64,000 bases of DNA from the human T2T-CHM13v2.0 reference genome, Homo sapiens. A model generated the notes under the pieces. That model saw nothing but the letters and a program-made list of their open reading frames with translations. It was not told where the DNA came from and did no database searches. Within the stretch, counting starts at the first letter, position 1. Each line of letters opens with the position of its first letter. Both the position numbers and the translations under genes were made by a program. The stretch lies in the NCBI RefSeq assembly GCF_009914755.1, contig NC_060931.1. One strand, 5' to 3'. Of the stretch, positions 42,253 to 60,411 are shown piece by piece.

Positions 42253-43073
42253 AGAAAAGTCACTTCTAATTCTATATTTAATGAGAGAAAAAATGCTAGA
42301 TACTCACATAGGTTAGTATCAATTCATATAACTTATTTCCCTGACATGTAGGAATATTTTGCCTATTTATAATAAAGGCAAATGATTTGGATTGTCTAAG
42401 AAATGAGGCATTCTAGCTAGATGATTTTCAAAAGGTAAAAACAATTTCACCCAAAAATGAACAGGTTCAATTTCCTGTAGGTAAATGGAGTATGATGAAC
42501 AAAATTTAATACTTATTTGATGAATGAGGATCTTAGTGCCCGAAAGTTCAATGCAAGTTATAAAGCTGTGGACACAGACAAATACAGAGAGAAACTACAT
42601 GAATGAGTTTGGACTCAAGCATATATTGTGGAAATGGGTTCCCTGAATAAATCCCAGACATGCACTTGTTTTCTTGTGATATGTGTCTGTCTCTGAGCTT
42701 ACGGTTCAAATTCAGATCCTAAACTTAGTGTACTAGTAGCCTTGAGTTAACTGTAGTTTTTTTATAAGTCACTGGAGAAAGTTATGTAGCAAAATAAATA
42801 CTAAGACAAGCAGTATTCCATGTTCAAACAAGACAATATTAGAATGTTTTGCTCATTATCAAACATATACACCAATCACCTAAGGGAGACTTGGAAAAAC
42901 ATGTGAGCAAGGCAGAAACTTCTAGAAAAAAGCAAAAAATGACAGAGATCACTTCGTTAAGACATTTAACTTCTCTGTGACCAAAATACCATAGATAAAA
43001 TAAGACAAACAGCAACATAGAAAAAAATATATTTCTAACAGATTGTCAAGATTTACATCTTCATTGTATTTTT

Positions 43074-43377
43074 GTATTTTTGTTTATTTATTTTTGAGAC
43101 ACGGTTTTGCCCTGTCACCCAGGCTGGAGTATTGTAGCACAATCGCAGCTCACTACAGCCTCAACCTCCCAGGCTTAAGCCATCTTCCTGCCTTGCCCTC
43201 CTGAGTAGCTGGGACCACAGGCATATGCTACTACACCAATTTAAGTTTTTGTATTTTTTGTAGAGACCTCATTTCAGATGTTGCCTAGGCTGGTCTTGAA
43301 CTCCTGGGCTCAAGCGGTCTGCCCACCTCAGCCTCCTAGAATGCTGGGATTAAAGGAATGAGCCACGATGCCCAGCC
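43074..43377 (-). mobile_element. AluJ nested in L1ME-type fragments (about 42880-44200, + strand)
   Basis: gcagctcactacagcctcaacctcccaggcttaagc; TSD catt(g/a)tattttt. Confidence 0.9.
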
Positions 43378-43824
43378 CATTATATTTTTCAAAAATCTCT
43401 TCTGGTCATTAGGAAAAAGACAAAACTCACTAAAAGTCATTAAGCAGGCATTCACAAAAGGAAGAAAACAGTATCTGGTAATGTTTTATATAAATAGAAA
43501 TTTTAAAATATGAACTGGACACTATTTTTGTTAAAGTAACAGTGATTATGAATAAAAGTATATTGGCAATCAGAAGAAGAAACAGACACTCAAATATTGC
43601 TGGTAGTATGTAAATCAGTATAACATTTCCATAGGGAAATTTGGCAGTGTGTCAAAAGCCTTAAAAGTACACACTTATTGACAAAACATTTCTATTCCCA
43701 GGACTCTATCCCTAGAAAATAATTAAGTAGTATTCTATATAAAGGGATATTCATTGCACTTAATATAGAAGTCAAAAGCTAAACTTTTATCACTTGATAT
43801 TGGTAAAATAAATTCTGTTCATTC

Positions 43825-43941
43825 AAAATTATGTTACACCAATATAACATATTTTTAGTTTTTCATTAAAAATTATTTTATACCAATATAGCATATACAA
43901 TATTTTTAGTTTTTCATTTAAAATTATGTTATACCAATATT
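43825..43941. repeat. Degenerate AT-rich tandem repeat, about 2.4 copies of 45-50 bp
   Basis: aaaattat(g/t)tta(c/t)accaatat...atatttttagtttttcatt repeated. Confidence 0.75.
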
Positions 43942-44240
43942 TTCTTATAACACATCAGAAAGTGTTCAGAAATGTTAAACAGTAAACAGTGCAAGAAAAC
44001 AATGTGTACCATCATCCCAATTGCTCTTTTAAGTATATTTTTGTACACAGCTATGGGTTTTAATACATATATATGCACTTACATACACACATATGTATAT
44101 GTGTGCATATTTTAAAAGACTGAAAGTACCACAGCAAAACATAAATTTGAAGTAATTGTAATTCTGTATTTTCTAAATTTTCTATCTTAAATATACAGCT
44201 TTGATATCAGAAGAAACTATTATTAATAAAAGCAAACATC

Positions 44241-44717
44241 TGTTCATAGCAGCACTCTTCACAACAGCCAAAAGGTGAAAAGGACCCAAGTGACCATCAA
44301 TGGATGAATGTAAAACAAAGTGTAGTATATACATAAAATGAAATATTTTTCAGACATAGGAGTAAAGTACTGATATTACTATAATGTGGATAAACCTCTA
44401 AAATACTATATTGTCAAAAAAGCCAGGCTCAGAAGGTAACATATTCCAGAATTACATTTATATGTAACGTCCAGAATAGATAAATCACATAAAATGCAGA
44501 TTAGTGGTTGCCAGGAGCTGCAGGGAGGAGAGAATGGAAACTGCCTTATGGTTACAGGGTTTTACTTTGGAATTATGGAGATGTTTTGGAGTGTTACAAT
44601 GCACACTTTATACATATCCTAAATGCCACTGAGTTTTCACTTTTAAATGATTAATTTTATGTTAAATGAATTTAGCCTTAATAATTTTTAAATTTAAAAT
44701 TTAGAAATTGTAAAGAA
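44241..44717 (+). mobile_element. L1MB-type 3' end
   Basis: tgttcatagcagcactcttcacaacagccaaaagg...attagtggttgccaggagctg...cctaaatgccactga; TSD aaaag(c/t)aaacatc. Confidence 0.85.
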
Positions 44718-44864
44718 AAAAGTAAACATCCAGTCATCACATTCCTCTTTAAAATTTACCAAATCATTTCAATCGCTTGAGACCATTTCCTCTACCAGTA
44801 GATTCCAGGTATGCTAGTGTGTCTGTTTCTCTTGCATGTGCTACTTTTATTACAAAAATAATAA

Positions 44865-45100
44865 AGTCTAACATTAATATAGTAGCATGAGCTGTTCTAA
44901 AGAGTTCATATGTATTAAATATGTTTAATCCTCACAACTCTATGGGGTAGGTATTATTAATTTCTATTATGATTATCCCTACTTTACAGATTAGAACAAC
45001 ACAGAATAAAGTGACTAGCTAAGGATTACACAGCTAGTAAGTGATAGAACTGGGATTTAAACCCAGCCAGACTGAGTTCAACCCTCTCAACTGCTTTAAC
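44865..45100 (-). mobile_element. MIR SINE
   Basis: tttaatcctcacaactctatggggtaggtattatt, aaggattacacagctagtaagtgatagaactgggatttaaacccag. Confidence 0.8.
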
Positions 45101-45990
45101 TGTTATGTTTTACTTCCTCTCAAAGAATCCATGATCTCTGTAGAAAAACTAGAAATAGAGCTTTATATGTGAAATAAAGGATGACAAGACATACATAATC
45201 TTGCCACCCAGGGATAATCACAGTTAATTTGTTGCACATTTTCCCAAATAGATACACACGCATATATACCTACACCAATGTCTTCATAAGATGTTTTGTA
45301 TTCTGCCTAATATATTGTAAATCTCTTCCATGTAAATAAATATACTGCCATATCAACACATTTAATGACTCATGATATCCATATCATAAGGAAACAATAT
45401 ATTTAACCAGTCACCTCTTAAAAATGTGGGTTGTTTATAAATAACACTAAGATGAATAACAACCTTCTACGTATACCACTGTTTAGTTAACCAATTTACT
45501 TAAGATAATTACAGAAATAGATACAGAATACCTGGTAAGAACATGTATTTTAAAGCTCTTGATAAATATTACCCAACTGTTTCCAGACAGTCTTTAATCA
45601 TTTATACTCTCACCTGTAAGTTATGAGAATACCTCTCTTTAACACATTTATTTTTCAGCATTTTCCCAGCTAATCTCAGAACAAAGTCTATCTTACAAAC
45701 CTGAAGAACATTTAAATTTCTAACTTACACCTTCAACAGATACACATTCCCAAGGAGGCAAAACTATATTTGGATTGGGGGCTATTCTTTTAAATGTACA
45801 GATTAAAATGAGGCAAACAGACATCTTTACAAAGTTGAGCTTTTGCCAGCTCAGAGTGTGATATATCTCTATTTAGGAATAATTGTCTTATAAAACATCC
45901 CTGTGGAATATGATCATTTTCAAATGAGTAAATAAGGCCTCAGCAGTTGACAGCCATAGGTTAGTGAATAAACTAAACTAAAATTTATTT

Positions 45991-48835
<2,845 letters not shown>

Positions 48836-49309
48836 TAAAATAAAAAGCAAGTATCACCCATGCCTGCCTTACATCACTGACCTAAGAGTCTTTTCCTACA
48901 GAAAAAAAAAAAAAACCATAGGCTGTCATGGATGTAATTTATAAGATTATGATTCCTCCATACTGTAGGTCACCTGATAAACCAAGTCAGAATTATAGAA
49001 GGCTAAGACATTCTATGGTCCCTAAACCTTGTCTTGAGGAATACTAAGTATTTCATGCTAAATGTCTAAATTCAATTCGTTTAGATGACTAAATGAAATT
49101 GTAGAAGCAGTCATCTGTTGGCAGATTCACCAAGCCCTCTTGTTGACTATTTTCAGACAATGCTTATTTTCTAAAAACCATCAAGCTACATTCTCTGCCC
49201 AGTATGACCATATTGGACAGGAAAAATCCCCCTTCAGTCAAGAGTATCGAACAAAAAGCAAAGACCTAATTCCTATTTTATCTAAAAATATAAAACAAGA
49301 AGAAATAAA

Positions 49310-49490
49310 GTCATAAAATGTCAAGCTTGGAAAGGACTTTACAGATGATCTAAACCAGTCTCTTTCTTTGCCAAATGAGAAGATGGAGTCCAGCAGAAAG
49401 CAAGTTACTCAGGTCACACAATTAATGACAAGTAAAATCTTGTAACTGGGTCTCTTGACTCACAGGCCAATGCTTATCCCACCACACTCT
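49310..49490 (-). mobile_element. MIR/MIR3 SINE
   Basis: ggaaaggactttacagatgatcta, aaatgagaagatggag, aggtcacacaattaatgaca, gtctcttgactc. Confidence 0.65.
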
Positions 49491-50720
49491 GGTGCACACA
49501 TAACCAATTGAGCATTACCTGCCAATCAATTCACTTCCAAAAAAAGTGATTAAAAATTTTTCTTCTGGATAATTAAAATTAGATTATGCTTTTCAAGCTA
49601 CTGTAAATTAAGGCCAATTTTTTACATAATATTGAAGAACTATTAAGCCTCTAACATTAAATAATTTTACTAAATTTAAAACATTTCAAGTAAAATCAAA
49701 TTTGAGCATAATTCTTCAAAATTCCTCAACATGTTAGACATATGTTATATTTTTGAAGGAGCTAATTAATTCAATGAAAAAAATTGTCAATTAGAAATGT
49801 TTATCAAATAGTGTAGAAATAAAGGTGTATATTTCTGGCAGGCCAAAAAAGAGAAAAACCAGCAACTGGCACAAAAGCAAACCTTAAACAAACATATTCT
49901 CCTGTTGTATTTGCTTGAATAAACCAGTCTACCAAAACACAAAATCAAGACCTACGCATATATCTACTTCCATATGCTGTTTGTATTTTTATCAGTACAG
50001 TCACTAAGAAAGCACTGAGAAAAAGATGCCTTTCCAGAATAGCTGAACATGAGAAAGTAAGGGGGAAAGCTGGAAGAGTTGTGATTTCATGGGTGCAGAG
50101 GAAGATTGAATTTAGGTTTCATTGAGCCGTGGTCATCAGTGAGATAAACTGTGAAGCCTGGACATAAACCTATCATTAATAAATTGTATGTTTAATATGG
50201 TTAGTATGGGAACTATCACTAGGTTTTATCTGTGAAGAAGCCATGGAGAATATGTTTACTATTTTCTCTAGATTAAAAAATCTAGTCTCTTGTTGAATCA
50301 CTTTTTTCATGTTTAAACAACATGAAATTTTTAAGAAATTATTTAAAGTATACAAAGTTAGGAATTAAAAAAAAAAAGACTCTCTCAAGAGAGTCATTCA
50401 GTGGCCATTTTAGGGAACTGCTGAACTTTAGAATTCCCAGTTAGAAAGTAATTTGGAAAACATCCAAATTTTATTGGATATTTTATTTAACACTAATTTT
50501 TACCACAGCTGTTTTGTTCTTTTTAGATCTTGTATTCTGCCGTAAGCCTATAAAGGAGTGATAGGCCCATAAAAATACATTTTCTATTCCACAGTTAAAT
50601 TTACATTATTTCTTATTGCACTAAGAACTTAGAGATAATGGGGTCTCTACAGTCATTAATTATGATCTGTATTTTACACTTTCTAAATAAAATCCATAAT
50701 AAATACGATCTGTATTTTAC

Positions 50721-50867
50721 AGTCTCCAAATAAAAGCCAACTGTTTTATGAGGATGCATCATAATGGCCTGTATCCCAATTAAAACCTCATGCTGAAAAA
50801 GAAGCAACTCTTCAGGGAGAACGGGATACCCAGAAATTAGCTGAAAACATTTACTTGGATCGTACAC
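50721..50867 (-). other. Candidate 147-nt exon (donor uncertain)
   Basis: Acceptor atatttgtatatctag|GTGTACG; weak donor ACT|gtaaaa; frame 0 open (VYDPSKCFQ...GFYLET). Confidence 0.35.
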
Positions 50868-51374
50868 CTAGATATACAAATATGAGCCAATTTCTATAAT
50901 ATTTTTCTTGGTGCAACAACAAAATTTCTTCTAATAAACCTAATTTCTCTCTATACTAAAGGTGATATACTGTGGGGTCAGATGTTGGCCTTTATTTAGA
51001 ACTAGGCTGTGCTGCCATCTTAATAAGACCAGGGAGATGGTACATATATTTAATGTAAGGTTTTTCCCAGAGAAGGCACTTTGATTTATCTCTTCTTCCC
51101 AAAGTAGACATAGTTTCCTTCTACTAGCTTGCTGGTTCTACTGTTTTAAACATGAAATTAAATGAGAAATCTAAGAAAAGTCTGACATCATATTCATTAT
51201 AATTTGGCAAGTGTTCATTTTATATCAGAAAAGCCACCTCCCACCCCAAATCATTTCAAATGACACATACGACTGGATTGAGTAACTGGTAACTGTGCCT
51301 AAATATCACCCAGCAGAAAAATTTTAAGTGTCATTAGAATAAAACTTCAGAAATAAGCCTATGGGAAAGTAAAG

Positions 51375-51778
51375 TGTTATGGGTTGAATTGTGTCCCCAA
51401 AAAATTCACATGCTGAAGTCCTAACTCCTAGTACCTCTGAATGTAACCTTATTTGGTCCTTTGCAGAAGCAATAGACTTAAAATGAGGTTATTATGGTGA
51501 GCCAAATCCAATATGGCTGCTATCCTTATAAAAGGGAAATTTGGACAAAGAGATAAGCATAGAGTGAGGATGGATGTGAAGAGACACACAGGGAGAAGAT
51601 GGCCATCCATGCCAAGGAGAGAAGCCTGGAACAGATCCTTCTGCCATAATCCTTAGAAGGAACCAAGCCTGCTGGCACCTTGATTTTGGACTTCTAGCTT
51701 GCAGAACAATAAATTTGTGTTGTGTAAGCCACCCAGTTTATGGAGCTTTGTTATAGCTGTCCCCAGAAAAGTAATACA
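51375..51778 (+). mobile_element. MLT1B/C MaLR solo LTR
   Basis: tgttatgggttgaattgtgtcccc...gcaccttgattttggacttctagc...taagccacccagtttatgg...taataca. Confidence 0.88.
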
Positions 51779-52019
51779 AAAGGATATCCCCAAACTAGAA
51801 AGAGGGGGGAAAAGTCATGTGCTGTAAAGAAAATGGATGAGCTTGATCAAAATGTCTCAAATTAAAAGACTGAAAATTATAAGTATGCCTCATTTTAAGA
51901 GACTCTTAAACAAGACATCATAATAAAACAACAGCTGCTATTCTTAGAACAAAATCTTGCATTTAGAAGACATGTTGAAGTATACTTTGTTCAGCATTAC
52001 TCTTACCAAGTAACTATTT

Positions 52020-53175
52020 TCACTTCCCCCTTCAGTTACTACCACTTTTCATCCCTGACTAGCAAAGCTCCTCAAAACAAGTGTCTGTTCTCACTGTGTT
52101 GCCTCCTTTCTTCCCTTTCCTGAACCCATTCCAATCAGGTTTTTACCTCTCTCCCTCAGTCAAAATTGCTTTTTTCAAGATAATTGAAAAGACCTTCACC
52201 TTGCTAAATAAAAACACCTGTTTCAATATTCCTCTCACTAGATCTAACAACTGTGTTTGATTTCATCCATCAACCCTCTTCTTCAACACTTTCTTTATTT
52301 GACCTCTGGGACACCATCGTCCATTGGTTCTAACTCTCCTGATGTGCCCTAGCACTTGGTCCTTGACTACTTCTTTTTAGCTAAACTTGCTCCCTAGGAG
52401 ACCTTAGAAAAGCCTATCATTTCTTCCAAAATACATATATATAAATATATTTTATGTACAAAATATATAAAAAATCCAATTTCTTCTCACCATTCCACAC
52501 CTAACACCTTAATCTAAGCTGCCATAATGCCTCACCCATATTTTCGTAATATCCTAACTCCTTTGTTGTTACCCACATCTCTGGCAGTCTATTTCCCACA
52601 TAGCAGCTAGTTTGATCTTTTTACACATAAATCACATCAGATTACATCTGTGCTCAAAAGCCTCTAAGGCCTTCATCTCATTCAGAATAAAAGGCAAAGT
52701 CTTTCACACACCCTAAAAGGCACCATGTGATCAGCCACACTCCACCCACATGACCCCTGTGGTCTCAATTCCTGCCACGTCCCTCTCACTCTGCTCAAGC
52801 CACAGGGGGTCACTCTCCTCTGAACACTTAAAGTGCATGATCATTTTAGGGTTTTTGCATTTGCATTTGTTATTCCCTCTTTCTGGAAGATCCTTCCCCA
52901 GATGTCTCCTCTTCACTCAGGCATTATTCAAATGCTGTAACATCCAAAGCCCTTTTCTGACTTTTTAGATAGACACACATCCCTATACCCTCAGCTCCCT
53001 TATTTTTCTTCCTACATTTATCACCACTTCTCATGTATTTGTATAATGTCTATCTCTTTTTACCATTTCATAATCTCCATAAGAATGGAAACTCTCTTTT
53101 TGTTCTCTGATGTGTTCCCGGTAACTAGGCCAGGGGTAAACATAAAAGAAGGGCTGAAAAAATATTTGTTGAAAG
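52020..53175. mobile_element. L2 LINE, fragmented
   Basis: cccattccaatcagg, ctgtgctcaaaagcctc..ggcc.tcatctcattcagaataaaaggcaaagtc, aaaatatttgttgaaagaa terminus. Confidence 0.75.
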
Positions 53176-54424
53176 AACAAATGGATACCACATGGCCTGG
53201 CATAGAGTAGATATTAAATAAATGGCACTTTGAAATATAGCCATTACACAAGGGATTCTTAACCCTGGCTATGCACTGGCATCTGGCTCCTGGACCCTGT
53301 CCTCAGATCCCTAAATTGGAAATAAATTTTTGGTCTGTGATTCTAACTTGCAGCCAGATTGAGAGCTACTTCACTGGACTATGAGTTCCTTAAAGAAAGG
53401 ATTGTGCTTTTTCGCAATTCTTTTTATAATTTAAGGAGCCATAAATATTATTTTGGAACTTGATGGAAAACTATGCAATGGAGGTTGGATTTTAGAGTCA
53501 TTTAAACAAAGGTTGTAGGTAAGACAAGCAGTTGGATAAGTAATGTAAATAATGTAACAATGGTTTTCCATAGGTGTTATGGCAGGTGATTTTCATTCTT
53601 GCTTGTTCAAATTATTCAAATGGTTTATAATAAGCATGTTTACAGAAAAATAATGAAAGAAATATGGATAAGATCACTCAGACAGGATATCTACAATGCA
53701 AAAAGACAAAAAGCAAAAACCTGGGGCAATCGAGATTTACAAAGAGGTCATAGAAGAGTAGCTAAAGAAATAAGGACATAACAATGAGTGACACAACATT
53801 ACAGTATAAGAAAGCAGAAGCCTGGAAGTAGAGTCAAATGCCTCAGATGGAATAGGATGAGGATTAAAGACACCACTAATAATTAGATGATTACTAACCA
53901 TGACAAGAGATTCAGGAAAATAAGTGGGATAAAAGCCTGACTCTAGTGAATTGGAAAGAGAATTGAGGAAATAAAGGTAAACAATCTGATTTTGAAGAGA
54001 TCAGGAAAACAAAGCCATAGCTGAAAATTTCAGGTTAAGGATTAGCCTGCCTCTGTCATAGAGAGTGCAGAACTCACTACTATGATGCCAAGTAAGTCAC
54101 ATTTATTCTCCCTGTCCTGTTAGGGTGATCACCTACTGCTACAAAAGATGGATTCTAAGACGAGATAAGCCTAAATGGGACATGTCAGTCAGTCACAGTA
54201 CATACCAATACCTTTTCTCTTCCTGGAACAATATAAGAAAAACATAAGCGTCCTCAAAACTTGCAAAAACACTATTAGTCTAAAAGAATGCTTATCTTGT
54301 TCTAAATGCAAACATGTTAGTCAACAGAATTCTCATCAGCTCCCACCAAAAGAAAAAAAAAGAAAGAAAGAAAAAGAAAAAATACAACTAAACCTAGCTA
54401 TCTTGATGGATTTGTGATTTATGG

Positions 54425-55169
54425 CATTAAACTGAATTAAGTTTGGCCTAAAGCTGCCACCGTACATATTTTGAGTTTGGCATAATGGTTTCTCCATACA
54501 TTATGAACTATAACCTAACTTGTGTAAACAGACTGTAATTTCATGAAAAGTAAACCCTTATAACAAGTAGCTGAGTCTCAAATCACAGTAGCTGCAGACA
54601 ACCAGAGGCTGAAAGCTGCCAGATTACACCCAAAGAAGGTACATGCCAGCTGTACCAATCAAGTACTCTCTGTATGTCATTTCTTATTTTCTCGTTATAT
54701 AGTCCACCAGGTTTGTAGGTGGGGGTACTCTGTTACCCCATGGTGTTGATGAAGACATACCCAAGACTGGGTAATTTATAAAGAAAAAGAGGTTTAATGG
54801 ACTCACAGTTCCACATGGCTGGGGAGGCCTCACAATCATGGTGGAAGATGAAAGGCACATTTTACATGGTGGCAGACAAGAGAGAATGAGAGTCAAGTGA
54901 AAGGGGTTTCCCCTTATAAAACCATCAGATCGCATGAGACTTATTCACTACCACGAGAACAGTATGGGGAAACCACCCCCATGATTCAATTATCTCCCAC
55001 CTGGTCCCTCCCACAACATGTGGGAATTATGGGAGCTACAATTCAAGATGGGATTTGGGTGGGGACACAGAAAAACCATATCACCACCTTCATCAGGAAT
55101 GCTGTCTGGTTCTAGAACTTTTTTCTTGCTCAAATGTTAAATTTAACTCCTCTCAGTTTTTCTTTAACA
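54425..55169 (+). mobile_element. MER57-like ERV1 solo LTR interrupted by THE1
   Basis: aattaagtttggcctaaagctgcc..cgtacatattttgagtt...tgtgtaaacagactgtaa; ends tttctttaaca. Confidence 0.7.
54745..55083 (-). mobile_element. THE1B/C MaLR LTR, one end truncated
   Basis: gacatacccaagactgggtaatttataaag...gggtggggacacag.aaaaccatatca; lacks the terminal tgtattagtc. Confidence 0.9.
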
Positions 55170-55566
55170 ATAGAAACATAATTTCAATTAGGAATGAATA
55201 TATTTAATTGTTCATCCAACTGAACACACACAAAGACTGTTTTCATTTCCATACAGTATGTCAATGCTCATTACCATGAACTAAACAAAGTCCTCATTTT
55301 AGCCTCTGAATGAGTGGCATGAGATCCACATTTCTCACCTGCACTCCCAGAGACATGCATTCATTAATTGATAGTTAAATGATCTACAGACAGGCAAGTA
55401 AGTGAAAATATTAATAGTTCTAACAGCAGGCACATCTAATAGACTAACTGAATGGTTAGCTCCAAAAATCAAGATTTATCAGAACAGCGTTAAATACTGA
55501 ATGAAACAAAGAATCACCTACAGGAATATCTCAGAATGCCAAAAATCCTTTAGTACTTACACTTAC

Positions 55567-55690
55567 ATGTTTAGACTGCTGCGGCTAAATTTTATAAAGA
55601 ACTTACTGGAGTACTCACTAGTTAGTATTTAATGATCATAGATTACATTATCTTATTGGAGCTTAAGAATATCAAGTGCTATGATTACAA
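55567..55690 (-). other. Candidate non-coding exon with several alternative donors
   Basis: Donor CAT|gtaagtgtaagt; further gtaagt (55611-16) and gtgagt (55623-28); weak acceptor tttttaacataatatag. Confidence 0.3.
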
Positions 55691-55724
55691 CTATATTATG
55701 TTAAAAATAGGTATATTAAATAAC

Positions 55725-56122
55725 AAATTGTGTATAGCCATATAGTAGACTACTACTCAGCAGAAAGGAACAAACTTGATACACACCACAATGTGAATAA
55801 ACCTCAAAAATCATTATGCTAAGTGAAAGAAGACAGCCCCCCACCCAAAAAAGAGTACATGCCATACAATTCCACTTATCTAAAATTCTATAAAATGCAA
55901 CTGAATCTGTAGTGACAGCAGATCAGTGGCTGCCTAGGGACAGAGTGGAGGAAGGGTTAGATTACAAAGAGAAACAGGAAACTTTTGGGGATGTTGAAAA
56001 TGACTATCTTGATTATGACAATAGTTTCATGAGTGCTTACATATGTCAAAACTGATCAATTTATATACTTCAAATATATGTATCTGAGTGCACTTCAATT
56101 AAGCTTCCATAAAGATTTGTTT
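55725..56122 (+). mobile_element. L1MC/ME-type 3' end
   Basis: aaacctcaaaaatcattatgctaagtgaaagaag, gcagatcagtggctgcctaggg, atatgtcaaaactgatcaa. Confidence 0.8.
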
Positions 56123-57039
56123 AAAGATTGAGGCAATGATTTAACTTCTATATAAAATGTCTGAATATCACTTTAAAGCAGCATCATTTGCTTATGAATG
56201 ATGAATGAACTAATAACAAATGATTGCTATTAAGTGGGCTAATATCTGTAAAACACTTACAGCAATGCCTGAGCCATATTAACTGATAAGTCTTAAAAGA
56301 AAGAGGTGTAAGGAAGAGAACAAAAACAAAAAGATGTAAAATGACAGAATTACACATCAATTTGTCCATCAATTTTTATTCTGAATTTTCTTTGGAATAT
56401 AGTTTTCCAACAACAGAAAAAGGCCATCTGTTTTTGAAGTTTTACAGATTTCTGGTTTAAGATGACATCAGACTAACAAATCTCACTCTCACCTCTTCAC
56501 GTACATCCTTCACTCCCAGAAATGTACAGATAAAAACAGAGGCAGAAAATGCCCTAGGTCCAGTACCTATCATGTGCTTCTTCACATAGAAGAACCACAG
56601 ACAGCTCTGTTTCTTTAAAACATTCTCCTAATCGAGAATCTAATAGACAGAATGAGATCCTCAAAGTTCATCAGCATAGCATAAAAAGGAAGTTTCTCAG
56701 ACAACAGAAACTGGACTAGGAACTCTGCACAGACATGCTATCAAGACAGGAGGACCAGTGGCTACCTACACACCTTGTGTGTGAGTAAAACACAGCAGTA
56801 CATAAAGCTTTCCTTGTGAAAATGTGGAATTAACATCTACCTTGGAGGAGACGAAAGATTTCTGAAACACATGAGAAAAGGATCTCTACCTTGAAAAAAA
56901 GAAATCATGTGAAAATGATTGGCTACTGGGAAAAACTGTAAATAGCTGCCTGGTACACCTAATAAGATTCGATCAATAGCCTCTAAGAATCAGTCATGGA
57001 GAGCTGTAAGCATAATAGATCAGTTCTGTGTAGGCAGAG

Positions 57040-57240
57040 TGGGAGGTAGTGGAGTTCAGTGGAAAGTGAGCTCTCTGGAGACAAATCTATCCCAGCTTTA
57101 TGGCTCACTAGCTTTGTCATCTTTTGTAAGTTATTAATTGCCTTTGAGCTTCAGTTTCTTCATCTCTGAAAGCAGAGGCATGGACTTCTGTGAGAAAAGT
57201 GTTTCACACATTAACTACTCAATAAATGGAACTTGTTATC
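57040..57240 (+). mobile_element. MIR SINE (another at about 58085-58260) amid old L1M debris
   Basis: gctcactagctttgtcatcttttgtaagtta...gagcttcagtttcttcatctctgaaa; actactcaataaatg. Confidence 0.6.
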
Positions 57241-58714
57241 AAAAAAATCGAAGATAATTAACTGACAAAACGTTAGAATTAATAAGACAGCCCTGTAAGA
57301 AACTAGATACACAATTAATTTCTAAAAACCAGTGGCTTTTCAACATATCAGGGAAAAATCAATTAAAAGGTAAAGTGGTTGGCAGAAAAATGTCATGGAA
57401 AATAGTAACATAAAATAGTTCAGAATACAAAGATTGTGCTAGTGAGAAATACAGAATGCCTCAATAAATGCTAAAACAGACTGTATGTCTTTAAATGTGA
57501 AGATAATACTAAAAATATGACATTTTTTCCAAATAAATGGGCGAACTTAAGAGAATCCAAAAAAAATTTTTAACTTTTCAAAATTATTCTGAAGTTGAAC
57601 TGAAAGACTAAATAAGTGAGAACAGCTGAGAATGAAAGAAAATTAAGTGCCACCATATAAAACTATATTATAAAACTCTGCAATCTGTACAAAAAAAATC
57701 AATAGTGTAGAAAATAGCTCAAAAGAAATTGAATAAATGTGCATATATATAATATAGCACATATTATATATAAAACAATAGCTTATAAATTTTTATATAT
57801 CCACATACACAATAGATGGTATAGAAAACAGACCAACAGAAAAAGGATGAATTATGGATTGTTCAAAACACTATTTGTAAAAACTGGTTATTCAGGGAAC
57901 AAAGTCAGAGACATATCAAGTACTTAATAAAATTCTTGAGGAATCAAAATAGGGGAGTAAGTTCATGTCATATTTTTAAATGCCAAAAAACATTACCAAA
58001 CTATATGTACATAATATTACCATTTTGTAACCATATGTGTACACTGATAATGAAATACATGCAAAGGACTTTTGATATATGTAATAGAGGCAGTATAGTC
58101 TGATGGTGAAAAGTATGGGCCCTGGTGTAGCAGCTTGGATTCACAAGTAACTTAAACATGGGGAGAAGATGCGGCGGTTCAAGCTTACCAATTAGAGTTA
58201 GGGAGATGAGTGAGTTAATAAATAAAAATGCACTTAAAATTTTACCTGGCTATTGTTATTATTTATTATTCATATTACAAATACTAAGATGTTAAAAGTG
58301 GCATGCTTATTTAGTGAGATTATGGGTGTTTTTATTGCTGCATTTTTCTGGAATGCATATATTGCTTTTAACTTTAAAAGGTGACAAATGTAGAAAAAAA
58401 TGAGATCATTAAAAAAAAACCTCAAGTAAATGATCTTAATATTTATCTGCTCTTTAGATAGGGAAGCACTTTCCTAGCATAACAGGCTCAGATATGTTTA
58501 AGCATCAATTATTATTTTGGTTCAAGTTATTTCCTGCTATGCATTATTTATATGCCTAAGAATTATCAAGTAGAAGTCTGCATTACATTTTCAAGGGTCA
58601 GTTCTTTCTGCTCTTAACGTTAGGAGGTAGGGTTAAACACCAAAGGGCACTGTGTTTTTACACTGTAGCATTCTTAGAATAAAGTGCTAAGTAAGACAGA
58701 ATAAGAATGTGTGT

Positions 58715-59018
58715 GGCCAGGCGCAGTGGCTCACGACTGTAATCCAAGCACTTTGGGAGGCCAAGGCGGCTGGATCACCTAAGGTCAGGAATTCGAGACC
58801 AACCTGGCCAACATGGTGAAACCCCGTCTCTACTAAAAATACAAAATTAGCCGGACATGGTGGCGTGTGCCTGTAATCCCAGCTACTCAGGAGGCTGAGG
58901 CAGAATTGTTTGAAGCTTGAAGCAGGGAGGCAGAGGTTCCAGTGAGCCAAGATAGCACCACTACACTCCAGCCTGGACAAAAAAGAGTGAAACTCCGTCT
59001 CAAAAAAAAAAAAAAAAA
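58715..59018 (+). mobile_element. AluSx/Sq-like
   Basis: ggatcacctaaggtcaggaattcgagacc; full dimer with A tail. Confidence 0.92.
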
Positions 59019-59149
59019 ATTGTGTGCTAGCTACGACTAATGCATCAAGGTCAAATATTTATCTTCTCACCAGTTACAGTAGGTATGGATATACCCCTGA
59101 GCAGTCATTGAACTGCCCCTTAAATCCAGCATAGTGAAATTGTCAAAGT

Positions 59150-60401
<1,252 letters not shown>

Positions 60402-60411
60402 GGGTTTGCTG

